A stretch of 64,000 bases of DNA from Calditrichaceae bacterium (GTDB lineage: Bacteria; Calditrichota; Calditrichia; Calditrichales; JBFXGD01): contig JBFXLE010000010.1 of NCBI GenBank assembly GCA_050173015.1, positions 53,722 to 117,721 on the forward strand. Reading direction: 5' to 3'. The position numbers were made by a program, and so were the translations under genes. A model generated the notes under the pieces. It searched no databases. It saw only the letters and a program-made list of their open reading frames with translations, and was not told the DNA's origin. Of this stretch, positions 1-8,562 are shown piece by piece (position 1 is the stretch's first letter; each line of letters starts with the position of its first letter).

Positions 1-4
1 TACT

Positions 5-3001
5 TTACAATCTTAAAATGGGAAGATCAGAGAGGTCACCTGAACTTGTCATTTCCTTTAAAAACGGGGACGACTTCTGCATCTTGCCAAATCGGTTTTT
101 GACTGCTGTCAGGATAACTTCTTTTCTTGCTCTCGTAATCCCGACATAAAGAAGTCGTTTTTGTTCTTCCAGTTTTTTGGCGACGGGACGGTTATCCTGA
201 TCATCTTTTTTATAGGCAAAAAAGCTGGGCATGGTATCATCTTCCAGCCCCTGAATGATCACATGGTCAAACTCCAGTCCCTTTGCGGAATGATATGTGA
301 GGAGAGAAACGGCATCAATACTTCCAAGACTATCCTGTGGATTTATCAGCAGGATAAACGATAAAAATTCAGCTATTGCCTGATCGACAGGCTGATGTTT
401 GAACTGATCGGCAATTTCAAGCATTCGTTTGAACGCGTCATCTTTCATGTCATATGCCGTAATGCCCGTCATCACCTGCTCTGCTCTGCTGCGTATTTTT
501 TCCCTTAATTCCGCTTCCGAATAATTAAATCTAACGGCAAATTTGCTCAATATTTCTGAATAGGGCGAGAGCAATTTACGCGCGCCCGAAGCAAAAAATA
601 TCCGGTCTTCAACGGCCACCAGTTTGTCTTCCAGTAAATTTCCCAGGGCAACATACTCGGTAAGATTTTCCCCGGCGATCCTCATCTCCCTTTTTATGGC
701 AACCTGGTGCATTTTCTGAATAATTTCATGCAGTACGCGCACATCGTCCAGCGCTCTATGTCTGTTCCCGGGATCAAGCTTAAACCGGTCCGCCAGCGCG
801 TCAATCGAATTTTGCTTAGCTGGATATAAGTGGCGGGCGAAAACAAGTGAATCATAACGTGTGTTCGGAAGCCGGTCATTTAGCAGGCCGCGTGAATACC
901 GGTCGATTATTTTAAAATCAAAACTGTATCCGTTATGTGCAATCAATAAATCATTTCCGGCAAAATCGATCATTTTTTTAATAGCTGTTTTCATGTCGGG
1001 AGCATCTCTGATATCTTCTTCGGTGATATGGTGTACCGCCTGCGCTTCCGGTTCGATAGGCATGCCGGGATTAACCAGGATTTGAAACTCATCCGTGATT
1101 ATAGAATCACGTACACGGACGGCCGCGATTTCAACAATCGCGCATTTTTCTGGATCTCTTCCGGTTGTTTCCAGGTCAAACACCACATAATCCCTAAAAA
1201 ATGGCGTGCGGGACTGTTTCAGGCCTGACTGCATTCTTCGAAAAAGCGTAGAAATCGAACCCTTTCTCTTTTCATCAGTTTTATCGTGCAAAATTTCTAC
1301 TTCGCAGGACAATTTTTGGTCATTCATAGGCGACAGCAAAATTACCACATCCATAGGATTGATATTGATAATATTCTCATTTTTTAAAACATGAACGCGG
1401 TTTTGGTATAACAGCTGCAGCATTTGACAGCCGACAAAAGACAATTGCTCGTTCGTGTGATATACCCAAATTTGCGCCTTCGGATTTCTGGCTTTATTGT
1501 TTTCCCTGAAAGCAACATCGGTTATCTTCTCTACATTATGTTCCAGCATGGTTTTTTCCATGTCCTTTGAGCTGCGTAATATTTCCAGCACCAGGCTGTC
1601 AAACTTGTAAAATGATTTCAGATTCACAAGATTCGCGATGTTTCCGATAAATGCATTTGTTCTCCTTCGAATATCAGATCCGATTTCAGCCCGGTTTGAG
1701 AAATCGTTCAAAGCCTTCCTGAAAGTAGATTTCTCTCCTAAATTCTGATAATTCTGAATCTGTTTGTATATGTGATGTCCCAGCTCTATTTCCACCAGCT
1801 CTTCAAGGACAAGATTATCGGCCGGATTTCTGATGAGCTTCAGATACGATAAGAGGCGAACCATTTTTGGCTGATCAAGTAGATTTTTTCCGGATGCCTG
1901 TTGATAGGGAATTCTTTCTTTCAGTAACCTGACGGCAATCTGGTCGCCAAACCGGTGCTGAGGATAGATGATGGCTATCTCGGAGTAATCCGCCTTTTGC
2001 GCTGTGTGCCATTCATCTATTTTTTTTACTATAAATTCGATCTCTTTCCCCTCTTCTTCAAACAAAGCTACCTGTATCAGATCCTCTTTTTGCGCGTCCG
2101 GAATGATAACTTTGTCCGGCTCAATCCTGTCCGTCGATTTCACGATGGCTTGAGCCGCCCGGGTGATTTTTTCTCCGCTTCTGTAGTTAACTTCGAGAAA
2201 CACCGGTTCTTCTATTAAAAAATCATCCATATACTGGCGTATATTTTCCGGATTGGCGCCCCGCCAGGAATAAATTGACTGATCGTCATCAGCCACGACA
2301 AAGATATTGCGATGTTTTTCGGCAAGCATTTTGATAATCTGATACTGAACCAAATCCGTATCCTGAAATTCATCAACGAGAACGGATTGATAGAGAAACC
2401 GATACTGATCCAGAATATCCTTATTTGCCTTTAGAAGAGAAAGCGTTTTGACAAGAATTTGATTATAATCGATAAGGCCGTGTTTTTGGAGATGATTTTC
2501 ATACTTTTCATAGACCATGGCCGAAAAAGACGGCAGAGGATTGCCTTTTAACAGGAAATTTGAGAACGCCAGCTGAATGCCTTTGACTACTCTTTCCGGA
2601 TTTTCCCTAACCTTACCGCTTATCAGGCTTTTTAGAAGACGATTCTGATAATCATCATCACATATGCTAAAATATTTACTTAATCCCGCGGGTTCATGGT
2701 ATTTTCTAAGAATATCAAGACAAAATGAGTGGATGGTTCCGGTCCTTACTTTCTCCGCCTTCGAATCCAGTATCTTTGTTAATCGCAGTTTTATTTCACC
2801 CGCGGCTTTATTGCTGAATGTGAGGGCCAGGATGTTTTCAGGGGGGATATTGTAATGATGAACTTCATAAACAATCCGCGCGATCAGAGCCCTGGTTTTT
2901 CCGGTTCCGGGTCCCGCTATCATCAGCACCGGCTGTCGCGGCGCGGTCACCGCCTTTAGCTGACTTTTGTTTAATTCATCTAAAATTTTCCTGACTGACA
3001 T
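5..3001 (-). CDS. UvrD/PcrA-family SF1 DNA helicase with inserted DEDDh (DnaQ-like) 3'-5' exonuclease domain
   Basis: Helicase motifs IAGPGTGKT, DEFQDTD, DDDQSIYSWRGA, LTYHSAKGLEF and RLLYVGITRA. Internal Exo I-III motifs VVFDLETTG, IAHNGYSFD and HRALDDV. ATG at 3001 preferred over TTG at 3043. Confidence 0.9.
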   Translation of the reverse strand: MSVRKILDELNKSQLKAVTAPRQPVLMIAGPGTGKTRALIARIVYEVHHYNIPPENILALTFSNKAAGEIKLRLTKILDSKAEKVRTGTIHSFCLDILRKYHEPAGLSKYFSICDDDYQNRLLKSLISGKVRENPERVVKGIQLAFSNFLLKGNPLPSFSAMVYEKYENHLQKHGLIDYNQILVKTLSLLKANKDILDQYRFLYQSVLVDEFQDTDLVQYQIIKMLAEKHRNIFVVADDDQSIYSWRGANPENIRQYMDDFLIEEPVFLEVNYRSGEKITRAAQAIVKSTDRIEPDKVIIPDAQKEDLIQVALFEEEGKEIEFIVKKIDEWHTAQKADYSEIAIIYPQHRFGDQIAVRLLKERIPYQQASGKNLLDQPKMVRLLSYLKLIRNPADNLVLEELVEIELGHHIYKQIQNYQNLGEKSTFRKALNDFSNRAEIGSDIRRRTNAFIGNIANLVNLKSFYKFDSLVLEILRSSKDMEKTMLEHNVEKITDVAFRENNKARNPKAQIWVYHTNEQLSFVGCQMLQLLYQNRVHVLKNENIININPMDVVILLSPMNDQKLSCEVEILHDKTDEKRKGSISTLFRRMQSGLKQSRTPFFRDYVVFDLETTGRDPEKCAIVEIAAVRVRDSIITDEFQILVNPGMPIEPEAQAVHHITEEDIRDAPDMKTAIKKMIDFAGNDLLIAHNGYSFDFKIIDRYSRGLLNDRLPNTRYDSLVFARHLYPAKQNSIDALADRFKLDPGNRHRALDDVRVLHEIIQKMHQVAIKREMRIAGENLTEYVALGNLLEDKLVAVEDRIFFASGARKLLSPYSEILSKFAVRFNYSEAELREKIRSRAEQVMTGITAYDMKDDAFKRMLEIADQFKHQPVDQAIAEFLSFILLINPQDSLGSIDAVSLLTYHSAKGLEFDHVIIQGLEDDTMPSFFAYKKDDQDNRPVAKKLEEQKRLLYVGITRARKEVILTAVKNRFGKMQKSSPFLKEMTSSGDLSDLPILRL

Positions 3002-3231
3002 CTGCAAATCCCTGTTAGTATTTTTAATCCCGGCGGGTTGCAACTTTTGTTTTCGGATCTAAGAATATTTGATGAGAATAACCGGAATTGTGAACGGGCA
3101 ATTATAAATTTATTGTCTCGTCGCGGCTGTTGATTCCGAATTATGTTCTGAGATACAACCGGATTTAACGGCCGGATAATTTATGTTCAAAGATATATGA
3201 ATAATATACAAAAAACGGATTAGCGTTGTAA

Positions 3232-3690
3232 CTATTTATTTTGACCGTTTAAAAAGGCTCCTAATTGCATGAAGGACAATTCAAACTCCTCCTTATGCAA
3301 GAACGCCGCGTAACGCTTGCGGCTTGCCACTAATTTTGTATTGTCATAAATTTCAGCGAAATCAACAATATACCGGTACCCCTCAAAGCGGCTGGCTGGC
3401 AATGGATCATACAGAACAAGCGCATCAGTCAATGCCGGAAATGATTCGTTTGATGTTATGATAACCGGATCCTCCGGCGCTACGGATGGATCATTCATTA
3501 TTGAATGGGGCACAAAACTATCCTGTTTCCAATTCCAGAGAAGATTATCGAGATTAAAAGCGCCCTTTTTATCCGCCACATAAACGGTCGCGCGCAATTT
3601 TTTATTGAATAATTTTTCGACAATATCGCAGACGTATCTTTCTTTGGCGGTAATTTTTAATTCTATAAATGTAACGGATATTTTTGTCAT
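3232..3690 (-). CDS. holC: DNA polymerase III subunit chi
   Basis: LDNLLWNWKQDSFVPH and SRKRYAAF match HolC motifs (LD.LW....SF.PH; R.RY..Y); 152 aa. Confidence 0.8.
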   Translation of the reverse strand: MTKISVTFIELKITAKERYVCDIVEKLFNKKLRATVYVADKKGAFNLDNLLWNWKQDSFVPHSIMNDPSVAPEDPVIITSNESFPALTDALVLYDPLPASRFEGYRYIVDFAEIYDNTKLVASRKRYAAFLHKEEFELSFMQLGAFLNGQNK

Positions 3691-4313
3691 TAGAAACGTT
3701 GCCCGACTTCAAGCCGCAGATCAAATGTTGACTGGTCCTTTCGCTCGCCGATGGTTTCGGTGAACGGAAAAAATCGATACTGCAATCTGATTCCAAGGAA
3801 ATTCTTTGAACTGACATTCGCGTCGATACCCGCGGCGATCAATCCCCCCAGAGTAAGGGAGTACTGGTCTCTTGTTTTTGTCCCGTCCGGTTTTGTATCA
3901 TACTCCGGAAAATTCATCCCGTAAACCGGCCCGACGCCAAACTCGAGAAACGGTCTGACATTGTCATCCAAATCATTCGCGAACATTCTTTTTTTTGCTG
4001 TAAACATAAAATCGAGGATATAAACATTGTTATCACCATTGACTGTTCTGGGGTAGCCGTAAATATCAATATAGTTAAATTCTTTACTGTCCCTGAGCAT
4101 AAATCCGTCAAATCCCATTCCGACATGCCAGTAACTTTTAAGAGGCCATTTGATGAAAGCGCCAATCCCGGCTCCGAGTTCAACCATACTGAATGCTAAC
4201 CCGCGCTGCCGGTATGTCGTCGGCTGCGGATCCTGCTGAAGATATTGTTCAAATTGGCTGAATCCGTGAATCGGAATTAAAATTAATAAAAGAATGAATA
4301 TGTATTTTTTCAA
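3690..4313 (-). CDS. Secreted outer-membrane beta-barrel protein, hypothetical
   Basis: Signal peptide, amphipathic beta strands, C-terminal Phe (LEVGQRF). Confidence 0.6.
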   Translation of the reverse strand: MKKYIFILLLILIPIHGFSQFEQYLQQDPQPTTYRQRGLAFSMVELGAGIGAFIKWPLKSYWHVGMGFDGFMLRDSKEFNYIDIYGYPRTVNGDNNVYILDFMFTAKKRMFANDLDDNVRPFLEFGVGPVYGMNFPEYDTKPDGTKTRDQYSLTLGGLIAAGIDANVSSKNFLGIRLQYRFFPFTETIGERKDQSTFDLRLEVGQRF

Positions 4314-4707
4314 ATTATCCTCCCGTGCTAAAATATAGTCGATCTCTCAAAACCATTCAACTATTTTTCATCGACAGTTCCACCTTAAATATAGAGGCTT
4401 CTCACTATGATAAACAAAATCCAATTATACCGGTTCCCTGAAAAAGTGATGAGCACTCCTTTCAATATTATATTAGAAGGAAATTCTCATCATTTTTATT
4501 CTGACAATCCGTGTATAAAAATTATAAATGCCGGGTTAACATTTTCATTGATCTATTCTGTCCAATTTTCCCTACAATTAATTAACACTTTTTAAGGACA
4601 TCCTTTTGATGTTCATCGTATCAAGTCTATGGGCTTGATTTAAACACTTTAAATGATCATGCCTTTTGATTTGCAAAAATTCAAATTTAACATTTTACCT
4701 TATAAAC

Positions 4708-4742
4708 AAAAAAATCCCTTTCCACCTGAATGAAAAGGGATT
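4708..4742 (-). terminator. Rho-independent terminator of the 4763-5164 gene
   Basis: AATCCCTTT...AAAGGGATT stem followed by a U-run on the minus strand. Confidence 0.65.
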
Positions 4743-4762
4743 AATGATATTTGAAAATTATA

Positions 4763-5164
4763 TTATCTGAACATGGCTTTTATCGCGCCCCAGGTTCGAA
4801 ACACACCTGATATATTCGGGTGAACGATCATCGAATCCGTTTCTTCGATAAGTGTATCGCTTTCCCCGACCGCCTTTATTTTATAAAAAAGAGCCGTGCC
4901 GCTTTTGAACATCACATTCTCATCGACAAAATCATACGAAGTTCCCGGGCCTTTTGGCTTTACACGTTTTAATTCCGCGAAATCTGTCTGGGATGAGCTT
5001 TTTAGTATAATAAAATGCCTGACTCCCTCTTCAGAAGATGTAACCCATGACACGGTCACCTTATCTGTTGTTGGAACAGCGCTATACTCACTGAATATGA
5101 TACCCGCAAATAACAACGTTGCCGGTAAAATAATAACTATTAAAAAGAAGAGTGCTTTACGCAT
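4763..5164 (-). CDS. Small secreted Ig/FN3-like protein with C-terminal TWGAIKAMFR tail
   Basis: Signal peptide; V.VSW.T..E...F.I.KS...Y.FVD......YKIKAV pattern of an Ig-like module. Confidence 0.65.
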   Translation of the reverse strand: MRKALFFLIVIILPATLLFAGIIFSEYSAVPTTDKVTVSWVTSSEEGVRHFIILKSSSQTDFAELKRVKPKGPGTSYDFVDENVMFKSGTALFYKIKAVGESDTLIEETDSMIVHPNISGVFRTWGAIKAMFR

Positions 5165-5210
5165 GAAGAGTTTTCTGCCTCATACTATTAATTAATGTAA
5201 ATATATAATG

Positions 5211-6041
5211 TTAATTAGCTAAATCAAGACTTTTCTGAATAATATGTACCTTTGAACTATGCGGAAGCGGGGGAGAAATTAATGACAAGGTGTCCGCGGT
5301 TCCGATCTTCAGAATTTCCAGAGTTTCTCCTCCATCCCCTGTTGAAAGCAGTTTGCCGGAAGCATCAAAATATCTGCTTTCTATGTACTCTCCCTTGATT
5401 TTTCCGACGTCAATCATGCCTTTTACACGTGTCTCTTCCCCCATGCCGGCTTCAATATTATTTATTAAAATCGTGATCAGTCCCTGTGAATTATCGACCC
5501 GATTAACAATACCTTGAACTTTAACTGAATCTGTTTTTAATTCTGCGCGTTGCCCTTTGTATATATAGCGGGCCTGTTCATAGCTTAACGGTACTTTCAG
5601 AATCTGATAGTCATTGTTTCTGATCTCAAATAGCGGGGTCCCTGGACCGATGTTATCACCAACTTTAATAAATACTTTTGTGATTTCACCCGTCATTGGC
5701 GACCGGATGTCAATGGGTGTATATTCTTTTTGTTTTGAAAGGCTCCATAAACCGGCCAGAAAGTCGTTCTGATTTACTTTCTTGCCTTGTTCCACAAGCA
5801 GCGCTATCACATTCGAGCTATCCGCGGAGTATATAATTCTATGTTCAAAAGCTTCTGTCATCCCTTCAAACGGAATATATACCTGCCGGTATTCATGATG
5901 GATATCCACAGAATCAGCAATCAGATTCATATCCTGAACTATGAGTTTTTGGTCCGGATTCTGATTCGCCTGACTCCCGCACCCACTAAGAGACAATTGA
6001 ATCAAAATGCAAATGCCAGTAAAACTAATACCTGTACTCAT
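5211..6041 (-). CDS. Periplasmic adaptor (MFP/HlyD-like) lipoprotein with biotinyl-lipoyl-like halves
   Basis: Lipobox LSGC; LLVEQGKKVNQND and IRSPMTGEITKVFIKVGDNI lipoyl-like motifs with no helical hairpin between them. Confidence 0.6.
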   Translation of the reverse strand: MSTGISFTGICILIQLSLSGCGSQANQNPDQKLIVQDMNLIADSVDIHHEYRQVYIPFEGMTEAFEHRIIYSADSSNVIALLVEQGKKVNQNDFLAGLWSLSKQKEYTPIDIRSPMTGEITKVFIKVGDNIGPGTPLFEIRNNDYQILKVPLSYEQARYIYKGQRAELKTDSVKVQGIVNRVDNSQGLITILINNIEAGMGEETRVKGMIDVGKIKGEYIESRYFDASGKLLSTGDGGETLEILKIGTADTLSLISPPLPHSSKVHIIQKSLDLAN

Positions 6042-6164
6042 TAAGATTATTCCTGATATCTATTAACTCGATTATCGTCTTAATCCGTTGAATTGACTGA
6101 TAACGCGGTCCAAAATCAATTTATCCTAAAAAATGATCCATTAATAATCTGGAATAATCGAATC

Positions 6165-6187
6165 TGTACTCCGGTTAGATGAGTACA
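6165..6187. promoter_or_regulatory. Candidate operator palindrome TGTACTC-N9-GAGTACA upstream of the RiPP precursor
   Basis: Perfect 7-bp inverted repeat in the divergent intergenic region. Confidence 0.35.
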
Positions 6188-6275
6188 AAATATTCATTTA
6201 TCGATGTTAAATTTAAAGTAAATCACTTTTACCGGAAAATAAACAATTTTTATCACAATTAAGGGGGATTTTTTT

Positions 6276-6812
6276 ATGAGCAAGGAATTTAAGAACCATC
6301 ATTCAAATAAATTAGCGGGATTTACAAAAGGCTCCATTCTTCTGAGCGCTATTGCCGGATTAACGGTTGGTCAGGCGCCGGAGAATGTCTTTGCCTATTC
6401 ACCGCTGGGATCGGGAAGCGAAGTGAGAGAAGCGCTTTCATCTCTGAATAACGCGCCTAAAGCGCCGGCAGAACTCAAATGCGCGGGAGAGACTAAGAAA
6501 TCCGCGGAGAAAAAAGCCGATGCCAAACATGAGGCAAAGGAGATGAAGGATGCAAAAGCGGCCGAGGCAAAATGCGGTGAAGGGAAATGCGGCGAATCTA
6601 AAGCCGATATGAAAAAAGCCGGCGCGATAAAGGACAGCGCGTCAGTAGAATCGAAGGCGGCCGAAGCTAAGTGTGGTGAGGGTAAATGCGGAGAGGGAAA
6701 GTGCGGTGAGGGTAAAGCTTCCGATAAAAAGGCTGTAGATAAAAAAGCCGATGCGGTTAATGATTCAAAGGCAGCGGAAGCCAAGTGTGGCGAAGGTAAA
6801 TGCGGACAATAA
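6276..6812 (+). CDS. EGKCG-repeat RiPP precursor (HvfA/oxazolin-like metallophore precursor)
   Basis: Signal-like N-terminus, Lys/Ala/Glu-rich body, 8 Cys all in E-x-K-C-(G/A) motifs; directly upstream of DUF692. Confidence 0.88.
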   Translation: MSKEFKNHHSNKLAGFTKGSILLSAIAGLTVGQAPENVFAYSPLGSGSEVREALSSLNNAPKAPAELKCAGETKKSAEKKADAKHEAKEMKDAKAAEAKCGEGKCGESKADMKKAGAIKDSASVESKAAEAKCGEGKCGEGKCGEGKASDKKAVDKKADAVNDSKAAEAKCGEGKCGQ

Positions 6813-6821
6813 TTATTCTTT

Positions 6822-6862
6822 GGGCAGGCATTTCTATCCGCCTGCCCGATTTTTATTTTTTT
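6822..6862 (+). terminator. Intra-operon stem-loop/terminator after the precursor gene
   Basis: GGGCAGGC-N10-GCCTGCCC followed by a T-rich tract. Confidence 0.6.
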
Positions 6863-6879
6863 AAGGAGTGAGGCCTATA

Positions 6880-7713
6880 ATGATCAAGGGAGCCGGTTTG
6901 GGATTCAGGCGGCACCTTGCCGACGATCTGATTGGCGCGGAGAAAAACAAACCGCAGTTTGTGGAATTCGCGCCTGAAAACTGGATGGGCATGGGCGGCT
7001 ACTGGGGTAAAAAATTAAAAGCCGTAGTCGAAAAATATCCGATTATCAACCACGGGTTATCACTTTCCATCGGAAGCCCCGAACCGCTGGACTGGGATTT
7101 CCTGAAAGATCTAAAGAAATTTTTTAATGAATTCCCTGTACAGATTTATTCAGAGCATTTGAGTTACAGTAAATGCAACAATGCTCATTTATATGACCTT
7201 TTGCCTATCCCCTTCCGCGAAGATGCTGTACGCCATATCGTTGACCGTATCAGACAAATCCAGGATTTTCTTGAACGGCCCATCGCTATCGAAAATGTTT
7301 CTTATTATACACCGGTCGCGGCGGAAATGGATGAAATTACTTTTATTAATACAATTGTTAATGAATCCGGCTGCAACCTTCTTCTCGACGTTAACAATGT
7401 TTATGTCAACGCCTTCAATCATCAATATGACGCCAAGGAGTTCATAAGCGGAATTCCTCTTGATAAAGTCGTTTATATCCACATGGCGGGTCATGAACAG
7501 GTCAGTCCGGACCTGATTATAGATACACACGGCCAGCCCATTATAGATCCCGTATTTGATTTATTTGAATGGACAATCGAAAGAGTTAAACCGGTTCCGG
7601 TACTTCTGGAACGTGATTTTAATATTCCTGAATTTGACGAACTGCAGGTTGAGTTAGGCCGTCTGCAGTCATTAATGGAATTGAAATGGGAAGCTCAAAA
7701 TGTTGTTGCGTGA
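6880..7713 (+). CDS. DUF692 multinuclear non-heme iron-dependent oxidase (MNIO, HvfB-like)
   Basis: GLGFRR, EFAPENW, HGLSLSIG, SEHLS, DLLPIPF, IENVSYY, LLLDVNNVYVN, HMAGH, IDTHG and LLERD. ATG 6880 preferred (ORF track start 6868). Confidence 0.95.
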   Translation: MIKGAGLGFRRHLADDLIGAEKNKPQFVEFAPENWMGMGGYWGKKLKAVVEKYPIINHGLSLSIGSPEPLDWDFLKDLKKFFNEFPVQIYSEHLSYSKCNNAHLYDLLPIPFREDAVRHIVDRIRQIQDFLERPIAIENVSYYTPVAAEMDEITFINTIVNESGCNLLLDVNNVYVNAFNHQYDAKEFISGIPLDKVVYIHMAGHEQVSPDLIIDTHGQPIIDPVFDLFEWTIERVKPVPVLLERDFNIPEFDELQVELGRLQSLMELKWEAQNVVA

Positions 7714-8452
7714 AGAAACCCGTCAAATACAAAATGAGCTTGCGGACTACTGCCGCAGCGGTGTACCCCGTCCAATCAAAGGGGCTAAAGCGGATCGTTT
7801 GCACCACTACCGGAGACTGGTCTTCAATGTCATCAACGGTACCCTCGAAACCGCCTATCCGGTAACTCGTCAGATATTACCCGAGGAAGACTGGACTCAG
7901 ATGGTGAATGACTTTTTTATCAACCATAATCCTCAGTCTCCGCAGGTCTGGAAGATGCCTTATGAATTCTATATTTTCTGTTCAGAAAACAAATATTCTG
8001 AAAAATTTCACCGCCCTTATCTGACTGATTTGCTGTATTTTGAATGGATCGAGATTGAAGTACACACGATGGAGGACCTGATCATTCCGCCGTTTCAATC
8101 CGAAGGTGATTTACTTGAGAGCCCGCTCATCATCAATCCTGAGTTCCGGCTGATCCGATTAACTTATCCCGTACACAAATTCTCTTCTGATGAACTTTCC
8201 GCGAATGCCGGTGATTACTTTATCCTCTGTTACCGGGAACAAAAAAATCTGTCTGTAAGATTTTTTGAGTTTTCCTCGTTTTTCGCGGTGGTGTTTGAGA
8301 AACTAATTAATAATCGTATTTCAGGAAAAGAAGCGTTAGCCGAAGCGGGAATGCTTTTCGACATTCATGACGAACAGGTATTGCTTCAAAACGGACTGCC
8401 ATTTTTTAACGATTTGTTTACTCAGGGTATCATTCTTGGTTTTGCCCCCTAG
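7700..8452 (+). CDS. DUF2063 MNIO partner protein (HvfC-like, RiPP recognition)
   Basis: RLHHYRRLVFN...LETAYPVT...W...FF...PQSP....EF and DLLYFEWIE motifs; overlaps the MNIO gene. Confidence 0.88.
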   Translation: MLLREETRQIQNELADYCRSGVPRPIKGAKADRLHHYRRLVFNVINGTLETAYPVTRQILPEEDWTQMVNDFFINHNPQSPQVWKMPYEFYIFCSENKYSEKFHRPYLTDLLYFEWIEIEVHTMEDLIIPPFQSEGDLLESPLIINPEFRLIRLTYPVHKFSSDELSANAGDYFILCYREQKNLSVRFFEFSSFFAVVFEKLINNRISGKEALAEAGMLFDIHDEQVLLQNGLPFFNDLFTQGIILGFAP

Positions 8453-8562
8453 AAAACCTCTTTTATCTGTTCTTTTTCTCCTTTTTAAAGATTATGTTTT
8501 AAATATCCCTTATTATTTTTAACTTGGCAGTTAAAAAATGGTATAAAGACCGGTAAGGGATA

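Noticed and set aside
6395-6784. Antisense ORF over the RiPP precursor, and the many other antisense or nested ORFs in the track (e.g. 51732-52364, 18472-18933)
   Set aside because: Shadows of well-supported genes on the opposite strand or in another frame.
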